This document shows, in pieces, positions 61,715-64,000 of a stretch of DNA of 64,000 nt. Each line of letters starts with the position of its first letter. Positions within the stretch are counted from its first letter, which is position 1. Below the pieces are notes generated by a model. That model searched no databases and was not told the DNA's origin. It was given only the letters and a program-made list of their open reading frames with translations. A program made the position numbers and the translations under genes. Source of the DNA: a bacterium (GTDB taxonomy: Bacteria; SAR324; NAC60-12). The stretch spans positions 3,744,001-3,808,000 of the forward strand of contig OZ242383.1 in assembly GCA_965209155.1 (NCBI GenBank), written 5' to 3'.

Positions 61715-62270
61715 ATGAACTACCCCGCAGCAGAGCTACGGGGTATCGGAACTCAGCACAACTCCAACTCTAATTGCTGATGATGGAGCTTTTGATACTC
61801 GTTTTCAGAACCTTGATTTTTTACATACTGGCGAATAGCATCTTCGCTTGCAGCATGTCGCCCAACAGTGCTGATGAAGTATCCCTTTGACCAGAATTCG
61901 CCGCCCCATAGCTGCTTTTTGATGGAGGGCACTCTTTTGAAAATTTCTTTAGCTGTAATACTTTTGACTGTCTTTACAATCTTTGTTGGACTATATGAAG
62001 GGACTGATTGGATCAAGAAATGGACATGATCCCGATCTGTTCCTATCTCAATAAATGCAATCTCGTAACGCTGAGCAATTTCCAAGCTAATCTCTTTTAG
62101 AGTCATATCCACCTCATCGGTGAACACTACTCGACGGTATTTAGCCGGACAAACCAAATGGTACAATAATACCGAAACGTTATGACTTTTGTGGATATAT
62201 TCGCTCATGAGAGCGAAAATACACCACACGAAAAAGCGAAGCAAGCTTCGGGGAATTAGACCCGAAGAGA
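61715..62270 (-). mobile_element. IS200-family insertion sequence (tnpA only)
   Basis: 556-bp insertion, no TSD; minus strand TTTAA^TCTC...hairpin CCCCGTAGC-TCT-GCTGCGGGG...TTCAT; boundary uncertain by up to 2 nt. Confidence 0.9.
61753..62208 (-). CDS. tnpA: IS200/IS605 family Y1 transposase
   Basis: YHLVCPAKYRR, DHVHFL (HUH), LWGGEFWSKGYF, IRQYVKNQ. Confidence 0.95.
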   Translation of the reverse strand: MSEYIHKSHNVSVLLYHLVCPAKYRRVVFTDEVDMTLKEISLEIAQRYEIAFIEIGTDRDHVHFLIQSVPSYSPTKIVKTVKSITAKEIFKRVPSIKKQLWGGEFWSKGYFISTVGRHAASEDAIRQYVKNQGSENEYQKLHHQQLELELC

Positions 62271-63647
62271 TTAAACTGACGGAGCCCCGCCTCAATGCCC
62301 CGAACGTGATCATGGACTGGTACAATCTCTTTATTTTCCCCCCCGAGACCATCCAGCAACATGGCGAAGGGGAAGATAAGATCCTGAAAGACTGGATGCA
62401 CCTGGCCGGCACCGGGCCTTTTGAGATGACCGAGCGGCACGAAGGGGTCTCGATGACCTTTACAAAGAATCCGAACTACTGGAGCATGGACGAGAAGTTC
62501 CCGCAGAACCGCTTGCCCTACATGGACGGGTTCAGGGTTCTGCTGATGCCGGAAGAGGCAAGCTATATAGCAGCCCTACGCTCGCGAAAGGTGGATCACC
62601 TCGGCTGGCAGGGCCAATCCTATATCCAAAATGTCGACCAGTTTGAAAGCCTCAAGCGGACCAACCCCGAACTCGTGTTTCATGAGTACGTCGAACGGTC
62701 GAACTATTCTTTCGGGGTCAACACTCAGGTCAAACCCTTTGACGACATCCGGGTGCGTAAGGCCATGCAGATGGCCCTGGACCTGGAGACCATTAAAAAT
62801 ACCTACTATAAGGGGATTGGAGACACCACACCCCGTGGATTGTATGGGCTTGAATTCAAAGGGTATTATGTCCCCTTTGAAGAGTGGCCCGAAGAAGTCA
62901 AGCAAGCCCATAGGTATGACCCGGAAGGCGCGAAAAAGCTGCTGGCCGAGGCGGGTTACCCCGATGGCTTCGAGACCGATCTTGTCATGTTTGCGCGCAG
63001 CGATCCCAGCTGGGCAGAATTGATCGTCGAATATTTTCGTCAGGTTGGCATTGATGCCAGGATTGATGTCAAGGCAGGTGCCGATTTTATCGCTGCGATG
63101 AGGGATAGAAATTTTGGAATCAACGGTACCATAATGGGCGTGAGGGCGGATCCGATGACTCAAGTAGATCGCTTGTACTCGACACAATTGTGGAACGTTT
63201 CCAATGTCCAAAACCCGGAGCTGGACGCCTTGATAGACGCCGCCAAAGCAGCGTCCAATTTTGAGGAGCAGCAGAAGTATCTCAAAGAGGTGGACCAGAT
63301 GGTGGTCAACAATTTCTATATCATCTGGGGACCGTTTCTTCCCTTCTGGCAGGTGCACCAGCCGTGGGTCAAAGGGTTTGGCGGCGAAGCCGGCCTGGGC
63401 GGCATGCAAAATTTCACCATCTTCGCCCGCCTCTGGATCGACCAGGAGTTGAAAAAGGAGATGGGCTTCTAAAATATTTCAAAAATCAACCCTGTTTCTC
63501 CCTCCTGCCCCAAGTGGGTGGGAGGGATTAAACTTTTTCCCGACCTTGGGCTTGATATCCTCCTGCCACTGATGCTCTTTCCTAGAGAAGGCACACCCAA
63601 ATGGAGCTCTGATTGCAAAAGTTGTTCACGTATCATCAGAATCTCAA

Positions 63648-64000
63648 TCAGGAAAGTCGGTAAAGCATCAAGTAGACTACGATACCGGAAACGGAAACAT
63701 AGAGCCAGATTGGATAAGTCCACTTTACCAAAGCACGATGGGCTTGGCGTTGATTTTTCAATGCTTTGTAAATCGAGAGAAGGATTAAAGGAAGTTGGAC
63801 AGCAGCCAGGAGGATGTGAGGAACCAGGATCATGAAGTAAAACACGCGCAGCAAACCGGTTCCCTGATAAGGAACAGATCCGACCTGGGAATGATAAATC
63901 AGATAACTGAGCAAAAACAAGGTAGAGACCGCGAAAGCTGCGCACATGAGATACTTATGCCGCCTTTCCTTGCCTGACCTGATAGCTCCGAATCCAAGCA
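63648..64000 (-). CDS. DUF420-family membrane protein (5' end outside window)
   Basis: FLLSYLIYH, HILLAA, WLYVSVSGIVVYLMLY; frame stays open to window edge. Confidence 0.82.
   Translation of the reverse strand, partial: LGFGAIRSGKERRHKYLMCAAFAVSTLFLLSYLIYHSQVGSVPYQGTGLLRVFYFMILVPHILLAAVQLPLILLSIYKALKNQRQAHRALVKWTYPIWLYVSVSGIVVYLMLYRLS

Larger units (their letters stand above)
61066..63472 (+). pseudogene. ABC substrate-binding protein family 5 (fifth paralog), interrupted by IS200-like element
   Basis: N-half ...PQYGGSLT...DEYTVV and C-half KLTEPR...LWIDQELKKEMGF rejoin in frame after removing 556 bp. Confidence 0.88.

Noticed and set aside
62189..62412. N-terminal extensions of the tnpA ORF and of the 427-aa binding-protein ORF
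   Set aside because: Artefacts of reading across the IS boundary
35517..63472. Diversity-generating retroelement (Avd-like genes near variable receptors)
   Set aside because: No reverse transcriptase and no template/variable repeat pair with adenine-specific mismatches seen in the window

Overview
Bacterial chromosomal window. The AT-leaning housekeeping backbone looks deltaproteobacterial (possibly SAR324-like; this is an impression, not a database result). The left part (1-29.5 kb) holds a partial tRNA-Ser(CGA), sppA, carA, lysS, glnS, rpoD-dnaG, tsaE-tsaB, several catabolic enzymes and one complete Opp/Dpp-type ABC operon. The region 29.6-52.9 kb is a tandem array of four ATPase-less family-5 ABC cassettes (binding protein + 2 permeases, visibly GC-richer). 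Each cassette is closed by a different, convergently oriented type II toxin-antitoxin pair (RES-Xre, PIN, Phd-VapC, degraded YefM-YoeB). The cassettes show mosaic leaders and permeases, and two of them carry REP-flanked RAYT transposase genes. A fifth binding-protein gene (61.1-63.5 kb) is split by an IS200 tnpA element. The most striking item is a ~560-bp transposase-less element present twice (35.5 kb and 60.1 kb). It has IS200/IS605-type hairpin ends, and its only cargo is a four-helix-bundle (23S-IVP/Avd-like) gene enclosed in a perfect 20-bp inverted repeat. It shares its left junction (TTAA^TCTC) and hairpin core (GC-TCT-GC) with the tnpA element nearby. The right part also has an orphan rplC, recN, aroC, a nested MITE/REP, and a sigma54-driven small ORF. 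All product calls come from motif recognition in the translations, not from searches.
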